Source: Cyclobacteriaceae bacterium
GTDB taxonomy: Bacteria > Bacteroidota > Bacteroidia > Cytophagales > Cyclobacteriaceae
Reading direction: 5' to 3'
NCBI GenBank assembly: GCA_050250195.1
Contig: JBFWPC010000011.1
Location: forward strand, 8,164 to 72,163
DNA: 64,000 nucleotides
Below the pieces are notes generated by a model, which saw nothing but the letters and a program-made list of their open reading frames with translations, had not been told where the DNA came from and ran no database searches. Below, piece after piece: positions 25,801 to 33,998 of the stretch. A program made the translations under genes and the position numbers. Numbering within the stretch: the stretch's first letter is position 1; every line of letters begins with the position of its first letter.

Positions 25801-27238
25801 ACACAGAACCCGATCCGCAAACGCTTCCCCCCATTCCAGATGGAAGGCCCGGAATTGGATTTGTAGACACATTCACCGAGGTTGACATTTGTTGGTAGCA
25901 AAGTCCGGGCCCAACGGCTTCCACAGTGTAGTTCCCTAATGTAGTTTGGTTAGTCCAATAAAGGGGCCCACCGGTTCCCGCAGTTACTCCTTCCGCATAT
26001 TGCCCGTTAATTTTTAGGTAATAATTTACACCGGATTGTGATCCATTGAGGGAAACAGTGACGCCACTGCTTCCCGTGCAGTAAGCACCCCCTCCTGCAA
26101 CTGTGTAACTATTTGGAAGGGGATATACTGTAATCGAAGCGCTTCCGATCATACCATTGACGCAACCGGTAGTTGGATTGGTACCAATCACAGTGTAATT
26201 GCCTGCCGAAGTTAAACCAGTCCACGCCAACTGACTAAAATTGCCAGCTTGCACTCCTCCATAAGGACTTCCGTTCAGATAGAGCTGATAATTGACTGAT
26301 GACTGAGAGTACGACAAGAACACAGCTGAACTTCCACCACTGCAATGGCTTCCCCCTCCAAATACATTGTACTGACTTGGTAAAGAATTAATGTATACAG
26401 ATGCACTGCCAGACATAGCGGAGCTGCAAATACCAGAAGTCGCCACCACCGTGTAGGATCCAGCCGTTGTGAGATTGTTCCAGTTTAACGCGCCACCGGT
26501 GCCACCGATGGCAGCTCCATAGTTGGCTCCATTAAGCTTGAGTTGGTAGCTTACTCCGCTTTGAGACCCGTTGATTCCAACCGTAGTACCGCTACCTCCT
26601 GAACAATATCCCCCACCACCCGTCATTGAATAGGTGACGGGATATTGGTAAACGTTAACAGTTGCGACATTTGACAATGCAAGGCCACAAGAACCAGGAT
26701 AACAGCGATAATAGGTTGTGACTGTTGGATATTGAGTGATCGAAGCACCGAACGTGCCAATCGCATTCCATGTGGTACCATCCGTTGAGTACTCCCAATA
26801 GAATGAAGAGCCCGTATGGCCTGAAAGAAACAGACTTACAGCCCCTCCAGCACAAGTTTGTGTTGTTGAGGAAAGCGTTCCTGGAGTGAGCGTAGTGACA
26901 TATTTTGTGCCAGTGCTAACAAGTAGGCCGTAATTGTAGAGTGTCACTGTAACACTACCATCTGAGGGGAATTTTATCACTCTCGATAGTCCAGAACCGC
27001 TCACAATAATTCCACCTCCGGCCACGCTCCATACTACATCAGTATATTCAACATCATCATAGTATGAGTAGCTGGCATTCTTATTGGGGCATACTTCTTC
27101 AGGCCCGGTAAAACTTTGGCCTATTGACGTGAGGCAAAGCAACGAACTAATTATGAACACACCGAATGACAAGGTATATCTACCACATTGCGGGCGTTTC
27201 AACGCAACATATCTAGTAACAAACCTGTCGTTTCTCAT
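19805..27238 (-). CDS. Rhs/YD-repeat polymorphic toxin with N-terminal Ig-like tandem repeats and a C-terminal HExxH tip (CT1)
   Basis: 2477 aa with a signal-like N-terminus. It has about 90-aa repeats (GGG.YC.G...Y.V.A) and RWY..P.GG repeats. Many YD repeats are present (YDQYGRQ, YDERGLL, YDHAGRL, YDPLNRL, YDANGNM, YDATGRK). The RHS-associated core reads YYPFGL...YDFGARMYDPSDGRWWSPDP...IDPNGM. The tip contains FAHELKHGYQ. Confidence 0.92.
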   Translation of the reverse strand: MRNDRFVTRYVALKRPQCGRYTLSFGVFIISSLLCLTSIGQSFTGPEEVCPNKNASYSYYDDVEYTDVVWSVAGGGIIVSGSGLSRVIKFPSDGSVTVTLYNYGLLVSTGTKYVTTLTPGTLSSTTQTCAGGAVSLFLSGHTGSSFYWEYSTDGTTWNAIGTFGASITQYPTVTTYYRCYPGSCGLALSNVATVNVYQYPVTYSMTGGGGYCSGGSGTTVGINGSQSGVSYQLKLNGANYGAAIGGTGGALNWNNLTTAGSYTVVATSGICSSAMSGSASVYINSLPSQYNVFGGGSHCSGGSSAVFLSYSQSSVNYQLYLNGSPYGGVQAGNFSQLAWTGLTSAGNYTVIGTNPTTGCVNGMIGSASITVYPLPNSYTVAGGGAYCTGSSGVTVSLNGSQSGVNYYLKINGQYAEGVTAGTGGPLYWTNQTTLGNYTVEAVGPGLCYQQMSTSVNVSTNPIPGLPSGMGGSVCGSGSVFLSANFGSNGNNVRWYSAPTGGTLLTTGLSYTTPSISASTNYYISSYNDITLCESQRVAVSATVHAIPGTPTPVNGSTCGTGTVSLSASFGANANTVRWYATPSGGAPFATGLSYVTPTISSSTTYYISSYHSSTLCESARVAIVATVKAIPTAPSISGHERFGSGTFNLLASGGSSYEWYSPSNALLSTSALYTTPVISTTTANYAYAKKIENGCYSTPTWANLVVYPDVMVVGTGNAIALAKDVVLDAGAGYQSYDWRNGGPSLGSGRYYSTNAPGSYTVTVTQGSATGTSTPFVLTEQFENLNYNYVVSNNLQTPVTNAGDIKNLPVALNSQSVQYLDGLGRPWQSVVTQGSLSKNDIVQHVTYDQYGRQAKKYTPYVSDSFTGILILNPTGSGGNYSGSIHYNFYNNGGTDKIADDARPFTETFFEASPLNRPVEEFGAGTDWHANSRSTKFEYLINQHGTGSGQEQVIVWDVNGSGLPVRRTSLNAGYYPNGELSISSIRDEAGNETREYKNKEGQVVLKKVQYVASPVLSNKDHWTQTYYIYDERGLLRYVLQPELSKTLHASGTTNPTTTQLNNFAFQYKYDYRNRMSEKKVPSGAWIYMVYDSRDRLVLTQDGVQRATSTKYWTFTKYDELNRPIVTGIKDTTVGLTQSQMQGVVDSHYQKAWARFSETFVGNALGNMHGYSNLAYPIRTRAAVADPNYYLTVTYYDNYDFQSTYYNSTAYNFVDSDFTGEQVTQPFTRLKGQVTGTKTKVMDGGVIGGSTYLKAISYYDDRYRLVQSIVDNYKGGQDRTTNVYDFVGKVLKTKTTYTDRDVTWKDQVGTVLVGNRLIRSSTATAGAASTQMLGAGVDGYLEFFLIAPSSTHQYYIGFNDNNLDVGNANINYAFRVNNATLQVWENGVQKLSQTNVLKTGDVLKIDRTGSTIRYYRNSNLVYTSVTPFTGALLIDTSFPTNNANMVGLVASFAETSRSITRRFTYDHAGRLIDVHHSLNDAPEILLTRNEYNELGQLVDKKLHSTDGTNFRQSVDYRYNIRGWLTSMNNAQLQVAVNNDDSNDLWGMNIAYNEVDAALGNTSLYNGNISAIKWSKNLGLGNEKQQAYRYSYDPLNRLQNADYFRHNGSWSNPDSRFAENGLTYDQNGNIKTLLRRGDAGSLMDNLVYTYNANNQLLKVADSGDKVTGFIDGTNTGNDYTYDANGNMVRDQNKGITSNITYNFLNLPELVVRGTGNSVRYIYDATGRKLAQVATYSLSQKQTDYLGELVYENDELQFISHEEGRIVLSATEPIYGNQANTLDDFTPTNATAGITTLNGNQNYVQVTSSGTTPRAGVFPIGNYIAVQPGERYKVRVKGYRTGTNPVYIQVKINGADNGWPGATLPNTAASESWVEQHVTVPAGASVMDVGVVWNTVAAGEVFYINDIEVIQLLNNEAEYQYHLKDHLGNTRLTFTTRESVTTDVATLETAHAAEEQGEFLYYEEAVKVNYDLFDHTNEGGTWYSTRLTGQGTNSIYGLAKSLQVMPGDQVSMEVYAKYLDPEQSNWTGALASFMAAVAGGTAPPGTVIDGGVPGSIGSETYPFTPIDHSSEGGTAPKAYLNYILFNKKMTDVLDFGYRRVTSNSREYGQDAPHDRLYFDPITITEPGYMYIYLSNENDTPVEVYFDDLAVTHTQSPVVQSDEYYPFGLTFNSYSRENSAENKYLYQSKEIQDGLDLDTYDFGARMYDPSDGRWWSPDPLAEKFYSMSPYVAMANNPIRYIDPNGMEFTEAAWAWVNRLVADINSRQERNNEKIGEKREALAAGGLSEKQTNRLNRQIGRLESNNQALEETRGEIGTMAASSQVYNVVESSSLNENGPISGMGNTVAATSFNFGTGAVDITISSNAGLGLFAHELKHGYQFETGQISLGSQGRLGAPFLLDKHDEVAGYQRQALFGSSEPGANGVNSLPDRYKSLPTGPVDVNNYSYQGRPLSQMNQYELTRLSGLTRQAFRFNGTTYYQPNR
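20735..20767. repeat. att-like site C, inside the full-length Rhs ORF (encodes YYPFGLTFNSY)
   Basis: Identical to site B. Upstream on the minus strand the sequence is unique Rhs core (..SPVVQSDE). Confidence 0.85.
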
Positions 27239-27245
27239 TGCGATA

Positions 27246-30200
27246 TTAGTTTTGCCCGTTGTAGTGATACTTGTACTCCTTCAGAATGTTTCCATCGTGG
27301 TCACGGATCAAAATAAGCCGGCCAAGCAAGTCATATTCGTAATGCATGCTTTGGTTGTTGGGGTCCGTTACTCCAGTCACACCAAATCCAGGATCATGGT
27401 TTAGCGTTGCCATTTGGGCGCCTTTAGGAAAAGCCCTGATCTCATCTAACTTGGTTCCGGATGTAGTGATGGTAGCGTTGTAAGGAATCTCACCGCTAAA
27501 ATTCCATTTATTGTTTTCCCAATACCAATAGCTCATCAAGATATTGGAGGGATCGGAAGGATTGAAGCTAGCAGGAAACACGTAACTCCCTGAGTTCAAC
27601 ACTCTCATTCCACTTAAAGCCAGGTTGTTGCCGTTGGCATCGCTAAAGAGGACTCCACCGCTTTCGAAACTCGTAAAAAAAATATCCGTTGGTGCGGCAT
27701 TGGATGCTTCAGCCAGCGGGTACATTCCGTCTGAAGTCCATAGGTACGATTTGTTGTCGCCCATGCGCGTGGTGTAGTTGACTACGTTGCCCCAATTGTC
27801 ATATTCATTGTAGGTGACATAGTCCTCTAAGGCATTGTTGCCGGTAGCCGATTGGACTTTGACAAGATCGATTCCATTGTAAATGTTCCGTTTGGTCGAA
27901 TGAAGTTGGCCGTCAACAAAGCTTTGTTGTTCCACCACAGCCGTTTTATTGGGGTGGGCCGTTATGCCGGTGATTTCAGCGGAGGTGAGACCGGCAATAT
28001 CACCTACGTCTTCAATATACTTGAAGGTAGTCTTGAGCTGCTGGCCTTTGCTATTGGTCGTCTCTATCCTAGTCACCCTCAAATGGGCGTCATTTTCATA
28101 GAACATTTCTTGATTTGAGCTAAGGGACTGTTGCTGCCCATCCTTGTAGCTGTACTGGAATTGCTGTTCAGTGCATGGGACCTGCCACCCAGATTGTAAT
28201 TGGTAGGGTGTGAACTCGTAGTCTTGTAAGGTCAAGCTGTACGAGCCGCGGGTATCAAAAGTCTTTTTCAGCTTGAAGGCAATGGATCTGCTATAGTGGC
28301 TGGTAATGCAGGGTGTCGATTCTGAGTGCGACAAGATTTTCTCCTCTGAACCTGCAATTCCAAAATCGGACTTTGATAGCTGAAGCCCACGTTGCCAATC
28401 ATTGGAGGATAATGGGGGAAAGGGATAGCTGGTAATACCTGCATCGGGGTAGTCATCTGGGGCAGTAAAGTGAAATTCCGATCTTCCCTTTGAGCTGTCT
28501 ATTTCTTCCAGAACGTTTACATACTTGTAACCGATCACCGAGCCGGAAGTGGTTGCGATCGGTATTTCACTCTGGGCTGTCAAAATGGAACACATGAAGT
28601 CCACGTAGTTCGTTTGCCCCCCAGCCGACTCGCCATCGAACCTGACCAATTGATAGTGTTGATAAATTGGCGGGTTAACAATCACTCCACTTGATTGATT
28701 GGGGTTCAATGGATCGCGATATGAATAATGCTTTGTTACACAATCGTTCTCGTCATTGCAGTCACGCATTGTTTTCACTCGGTTGCCACCCGCTGTTAGA
28801 TTGGCAGCACCCAAGGAATCTTGAATGATTTGAAAGAGATTGATTCGGGATTTTGTCATCGAGCCGCAATTGTTTTCATTTATCACCCAGGCCCTTATAG
28901 TGTAGTTACCGGGCGATAATGAAAAAAGCTCATTCTCAGCAGCGCCAGAGTCGACATAATCGATGCCCCATTGGTACTTCGTCTGGATATGTTGCATGAT
29001 AGGCGCACCACCCCCATCCATTGTAAGATCCACACCCGCTTCACCGTCAAGGCAAGGGGTCTGAAGATCATAATCAAACTTGATACATGTTGGCCCAGAC
29101 ACAGTAAACGTGAATGAATCGTTCAAGTCTCCTTCACCAATTTCGACTCCGGCCGTTCCTGTTTGTTGAAATTCACCTCCGCAGATATTGAACTCAGGTT
29201 CACCCCAGTAGTCATTTGATTCATACTCAAACTCGGTGAATCCACCAGTTGGGTAAGTGATTCGTTGTAACAATCCAGCTCTTGAGAAGTTGCTGTTTGC
29301 CGTTCTCAAATTGCCCGGGACACTATAAATGATCATAGAGCCATCAGGCTTGGGAATTGCGTTTGTGTAAGGTGGCAACAGTGTAGTTATGGCCTCACCA
29401 TGGATCGATGTACCTAAAAAGTAACCCCAATGATCCTGGTGAAACAGGTTGTACTCATTTCCGATAATAGGAAACAACCCACCCAGGTATTCAAAGCGAT
29501 GGGGCGGCTTAACGGTGGTCCCGTTGATTTCCTGAAAACTCTCGAGTTTCAACCTCGCATTCGACTCAAAATAGTCATAGTTGAAGTTGATTTCCTTCAA
29601 CATTACCCCATCAATCCTGACGCGGACCTTGGAAAGAGATTTGGGTTGCTCGGTGGCTTTGCGTTTTGAGTAATTCCATCCTTCCGAATTCCAATCAAGG
29701 CGCTCGTTTCCTTCTACAAATTCTACACTTCCATTGCGAAAATCGATTCTCTCAAGTATTGCCTCATTGGTTGACGTGCTATTGAAGGCCAAAGTATAAA
29801 GGTCTGTAAATTGAGCATTTGGATCGTTGCTAAAAGGCACAACGCGCCTTTCAAATAAGCTCGGGGGCATATCGAGTACCCTGAACTTATATGTATAGGT
29901 GACTATGTTACCATTTGGAGACTCTATCTTGCTGAGATACCAAGATGTAGCAAAGTCTGCTTCATCCGGGTCGCCCGGTTCGAGGCCGGCTGCCTTTTCC
30001 GTGATGTCGAAAGTATATTGGACTCCTCTCTCATCGATAACCAAGAATTTTTCGATGATTCCAGGTCTGATGTTATAAATACCAGAGTAGTTGAAATACC
30101 CAAACACTTTTAAGTTTTGATGAGGGCTGACAACCGCTTGTTTGACTGTGACACCACATTGGGTCTCATCAAAGAAAAATCTCCCGGAAAGGCCAGGCGC

Positions 30201-30695
30201 ACTTAAAATAAACATATCTGGTTCACCATCCTTCGCTCCATTCATTATCCCCGTCAGATAATTCTCGAAGCCTTGAGGATTGGTTCCATTGCTGACAAAG
30301 TTCACCGCCTTCAACCCATTCTGCTCTGCACCATTGTAACCAGCGGTTGTTTCATCTGGGAGGCCCCTCATTTGACGGCTAATTACTCCTGTTCCACTCA
30401 ATGTCCATCCAGTGCCAACCCAACTTGGGTATTCTTCGACCTTGAGACCTGAATATCCATATGAAAGAGTAATTGGCACCGAAAGATCATTGTACTGAAT
30501 GTTGTAGAGAGGAAAACTGATATTAGGTTGCCCAGTGTATAACCCAATAGGAATATTGCCATAATTCCCCAGGCTAGCAGCGTTAGGCGTTGGAGGAATG
30601 ATTTTCTGTACTTCAATATCCGGCTGTGATTGACTAAATCCGAAGATTGGATAAAAAATGATACAAAGTTTGGCTACGCTGCTGGCAGTCGACAT
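27246..30695 (-). CDS. large secreted Rhs-associated protein (SpvB/Rhs-N-terminal-like start, single C-terminal YD repeat)
   Basis: 1149 aa with a signal-like N-terminus. PTPNAASLGNYGNIPIGLYTGQPNISFPLY...WVGTGWTL resembles the N-terminal region seen in Bacteroidota RHS/SpvB-like proteins (from memory). It ends YEYDLLGRLILIRDHDGNILKEY. The stop is 7 nt before the Rhs start. Confidence 0.65.
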   Translation of the reverse strand: MSTASSVAKLCIIFYPIFGFSQSQPDIEVQKIIPPTPNAASLGNYGNIPIGLYTGQPNISFPLYNIQYNDLSVPITLSYGYSGLKVEEYPSWVGTGWTLSGTGVISRQMRGLPDETTAGYNGAEQNGLKAVNFVSNGTNPQGFENYLTGIMNGAKDGEPDMFILSAPGLSGRFFFDETQCGVTVKQAVVSPHQNLKVFGYFNYSGIYNIRPGIIEKFLVIDERGVQYTFDITEKAAGLEPGDPDEADFATSWYLSKIESPNGNIVTYTYKFRVLDMPPSLFERRVVPFSNDPNAQFTDLYTLAFNSTSTNEAILERIDFRNGSVEFVEGNERLDWNSEGWNYSKRKATEQPKSLSKVRVRIDGVMLKEINFNYDYFESNARLKLESFQEINGTTVKPPHRFEYLGGLFPIIGNEYNLFHQDHWGYFLGTSIHGEAITTLLPPYTNAIPKPDGSMIIYSVPGNLRTANSNFSRAGLLQRITYPTGGFTEFEYESNDYWGEPEFNICGGEFQQTGTAGVEIGEGDLNDSFTFTVSGPTCIKFDYDLQTPCLDGEAGVDLTMDGGGAPIMQHIQTKYQWGIDYVDSGAAENELFSLSPGNYTIRAWVINENNCGSMTKSRINLFQIIQDSLGAANLTAGGNRVKTMRDCNDENDCVTKHYSYRDPLNPNQSSGVIVNPPIYQHYQLVRFDGESAGGQTNYVDFMCSILTAQSEIPIATTSGSVIGYKYVNVLEEIDSSKGRSEFHFTAPDDYPDAGITSYPFPPLSSNDWQRGLQLSKSDFGIAGSEEKILSHSESTPCITSHYSRSIAFKLKKTFDTRGSYSLTLQDYEFTPYQLQSGWQVPCTEQQFQYSYKDGQQQSLSSNQEMFYENDAHLRVTRIETTNSKGQQLKTTFKYIEDVGDIAGLTSAEITGITAHPNKTAVVEQQSFVDGQLHSTKRNIYNGIDLVKVQSATGNNALEDYVTYNEYDNWGNVVNYTTRMGDNKSYLWTSDGMYPLAEASNAAPTDIFFTSFESGGVLFSDANGNNLALSGMRVLNSGSYVFPASFNPSDPSNILMSYWYWENNKWNFSGEIPYNATITTSGTKLDEIRAFPKGAQMATLNHDPGFGVTGVTDPNNQSMHYEYDLLGRLILIRDHDGNILKEYKYHYNGQN

Positions 30696-30897
30696 AGGTT
30701 AGTGCATTTTTAAGGGATAATAATAGCAAATTTGAATAATGAACTTTGTGGGAGTTGGCAGGCCTGTTGCCCATCAGCAGGAGTCCAAATCTAGTAATCA
30801 CCAAATGATCAGGCGATTAACTTTGCATACGTGCAAAAAATAAGTATCTAACGGCTAGGGGAAAACCCCTATTGAAAATCAGGGACTTCTTACAAAA

Positions 30898-31566
30898 TCA
30901 GTTGCTAGAATCGAGCGACAGGATACCTTGCTCGTAGGCAAACTTGATGAGCCCCACCGTGTTGCGTACTCCTACCTTCTTCAAAATGCTGATGCGGTGG
31001 TGTTCGACTGTTTTCGGACTGATGTGAAGGTCTTCGCTGATCTCACGTGAAGTCTGCTCGGAACAAATACGGACGAGTATTTCCAACTCGCGCGCACTCA
31101 GGTTTTGCCTTTTTGGTTGGACGGCTGCTGATTTTGTTTTTGCAGCGAGTCGCAAGGCACCAGCGGTAAGCTCGTTATGATAAAAATCGTTGCGATAAAC
31201 TCCCTTGATCGCCTTTTCAACCTCCGCTGGATCAACGTTCTTATTCAAGTAACCATGCACACCCATTCGCATCAGATCGAGGATCACCGGGGGCGAATCG
31301 TTCATGCTTAACACGACCACCTTTGCATTGGGATGGTTTTTTAATATGTGCCCGGCCGCTCTTTTTCCATCCATCACCGGCATCGACAAATCGACAACAA
31401 CCACATCATAGGTATGTCGGGTCATCAAATCCAACAGCTCCTTGCCGTTAGATGCCTCGCCAACTGCAGGGTCAATACCATCAAACTTGGAGATCATGTC
31501 GGAAATCAACCTGCGAAACAGCGCATGATCATCAGCCACACAAACACGAATAGACATCATCAACAC
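30898..31566 (-). CDS. NarL/LuxR-family response regulator
   Basis: 222 aa with a receiver domain (VADDH...VVVDLSMP) and a C-terminal LuxR HTH (LSARELEILVRICSEQTSREISEDLHISPKTVEHHR). Confidence 0.9.
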   Translation of the reverse strand: MLMMSIRVCVADDHALFRRLISDMISKFDGIDPAVGEASNGKELLDLMTRHTYDVVVVDLSMPVMDGKRAAGHILKNHPNAKVVVLSMNDSPPVILDLMRMGVHGYLNKNVDPAEVEKAIKGVYRNDFYHNELTAGALRLAAKTKSAAVQPKRQNLSARELEILVRICSEQTSREISEDLHISPKTVEHHRISILKKVGVRNTVGLIKFAYEQGILSLDSSN

Positions 31567-31920
31567 CCATTTTCCGGGGCTACTAAAGTTACGGGGTTGA
31601 TATCATCCAAAAAGGTCAATTTCAGGGAAAAACTTGCGTGAAGTAGACTATAAAAAACGCAGCCTAAACCCGGTCCTATCATTGAATCCACTCAAAAGGG
31701 AAGGCTGACAGCGCCTCGTAGCACTCCCGCGTCAACTTGCCGCCTGCAAACCTGGCATGACATACGTCAGCGGGGCCATGAATCCGCGTCCGGGCCTGGG
31801 AACCATAAAGCTCCCACCCATGCTGTTCATGCAACCCCCGAATGAGCCTTTTCGGGAAATCAGGAAAGCCCGCGTCAAAGGCACTTTAGGTATTTGCCTT
31901 GGGTTGGGATGATTTGGCAA

Positions 31921-33998
31921 TCAGTAGTTGACAATTACCTTCTCCCCCATGGCCGACCGGGCGCCCGTTCGAAACACGGCAACAACCTGGTAGGTATAGA
32001 TGGTATTAACGGTAAGTCTCTTGTCCACAAACTCCTGTTGACTCGCATCGATCGTTTGATATAATTTCAACTTTTCACCTTCTGCTGCCCGGTATACCTG
32101 GTATCTCATCACACCCCCGGGTTCATAACGCCAGGTCAGTCTAATCAGCTTTTGCTCGCGATCAATAGTCGGCTTGCCAATGGTCACAGCTTCTTTAACC
32201 TGAGTCGGGATTTTGGCCGCCACGATTGGACTTACAGGGTCCGACCGAAGTCCACTTTCGTCTACGGCAAACAAGGTGTAAGCATATCGCATGCCCTCCT
32301 CGCCTGTGCGATCCAGGAAATGAAACGCAGTGTCGCTTGTATGTTCGACCCTCGTCAAGAAGATCCACTCCTGTCCGGACAGTGGCTTTCGGAATACTTC
32401 ATAAAATTTTACATCATCACTGCTGCTTTGCGTCCACTGCAGCGCAACACCTTCGGCATCCGCCTTGAACGGATAGAAGAATGGAGGCACCGGCTTCACC
32501 TTGTCGGGAAGCTTTAAAGTGAGCACCTCTGAAAAAGCGGATTGATTCTGACTTTGGTCGACCGCAATTACCCGGTAGTGAATTTCCCTGCTCAGTGTGT
32601 TCACGTTCACCCGATCGCGAAGCTCACGTTCTTTGATCGTTGCCGGTGTGATTTGGGCGAACTCTTCGTTCACGTTGTTCGCTTTAAACACCTTGTATCC
32701 ATACATATCAGCCTCCCCATTCGCATTCCAGCTAACGGTAACGATGCCTTCGTCATTCACGCTCCCTTTTAAATCACGGGGCGGCAGCGGTGGTATGCTG
32801 TCCACAAGTTGTACATACCGAATGGGAGATTTGTATTCCCTGCCTTGCAAATCGATGGCCACTACCTGGTAATAATTTGTATGACCGGGAGCACCATCGA
32901 CATACGAGCGATCCAACGCTGAAATTCCCTGCCGATTTACTTTCATGCAGGCCTCGGCAGGTGATGTCGCCCTTCTCACCTCAAAACCCCTGATGGCTTT
33001 TTCCGATTCCGCGGGAAACTCCCAGCTCAAATGCACCGACTGATTGTCGGGGCTCTTGCCTTCTGTGAGGTATGGCACTGAAGCCACTGTCTCGCCACCC
33101 AGCACGGCCAACACTTCACTGGGTGGGCCATAGTCGCCAAAGGGAGATAGCCCTCGCACGCGATAGTAAAAAACCTGCGATAAGGATGGTAGCGAATCGG
33201 TTGCCATTTGGAACCGTATCTCCCTGCGATCGGACGATGTGAGGGTGACCTGCGGTTCATCCGACAAGGGCATAAAGTTCTTGCCATCGGCAGCGCGCTC
33301 CACCCTGTAGGACGAATAAATGCCGCGATGGAATGACTGGTCCCAGCGCAGGTTCACAATGCTACCGTCTACCTGTGCTGTAAAATCCACCGGTGGCGGC
33401 AACTCATACTTTTCCGGTGCCACAAATACGCTGCCCCTGATGGTATCCATCCCCGACTGCGTGGAAATCCGGTACAGGTATTTCTCATTTGTTTTCACAT
33501 CGCTGTCGCGGAATCTCAACCCAAGCGCCCTGGAAGTCTGCGTGGACAAATCTGCAGCTAGCAGCGCGAATGCAAAACGCATTTCGTTCTCTTTCACTTT
33601 GTTCACGATTTGAAACACGTCTGTGCCTTCGGTGGTCAGCTCAAACGAATCGCCAAACAAGGCCTGCGCTGCAATGGCGGTATACTTGTCGGTTGACACA
33701 ATCGAAGCCCAGCGGGTTTCTTCCCATGGCATGATGGGAAGGGGCGTCAGCGTTTTTTTTCAGGCAAATCCAATAGCTTTCCATCCCTCAGCAGGGTAAA
33801 TCTTTCTACCTGGTAGCCATTGCGGTTCCCGGCAAGCCACGACTGCACATCAGCCGGTGCCCACCTGAGCACAATCGAGTCGGTTGAGGTTCTCGCAAGC
33901 ACTTTTAGTTCGAGCCCCAACGTGTCCAGGTTCTGCGACCCTGCGGACAGGCAGGATGCGCCCAAAAGAATGAAGACAAGAGCAAACCTGGGTTTCAT
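31921..33998 (-). pseudogene. FN3-rich secreted protein split by a frameshift in an A8 (minus-strand) homopolymer
   Basis: An 83-aa ORF (signal peptide, 33747-33998) and a 603-aa ORF (31921-33732) are separated by the T8 run at 33753-33760. Adding one A on the minus strand fuses them (..LPEKKTLTPLPIMPWEETRW..). There are five FN3-like modules (L.W....Y.V.R pattern). Confidence 0.6.

Noticed and set aside
30696-30897. Bacteroidota-type promoter (TAnnTTTG) for the Rhs operon
   Set aside because: I found only near-matches (for example caaatttg on the minus strand). I cannot place a transcription start from sequence alone.
31732-31920. 62-aa ORF between the FN3 gene and the response regulator
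   Set aside because: Pro/Gly/Arg-rich translation with no start context or motif. Most likely non-coding intergenic sequence.
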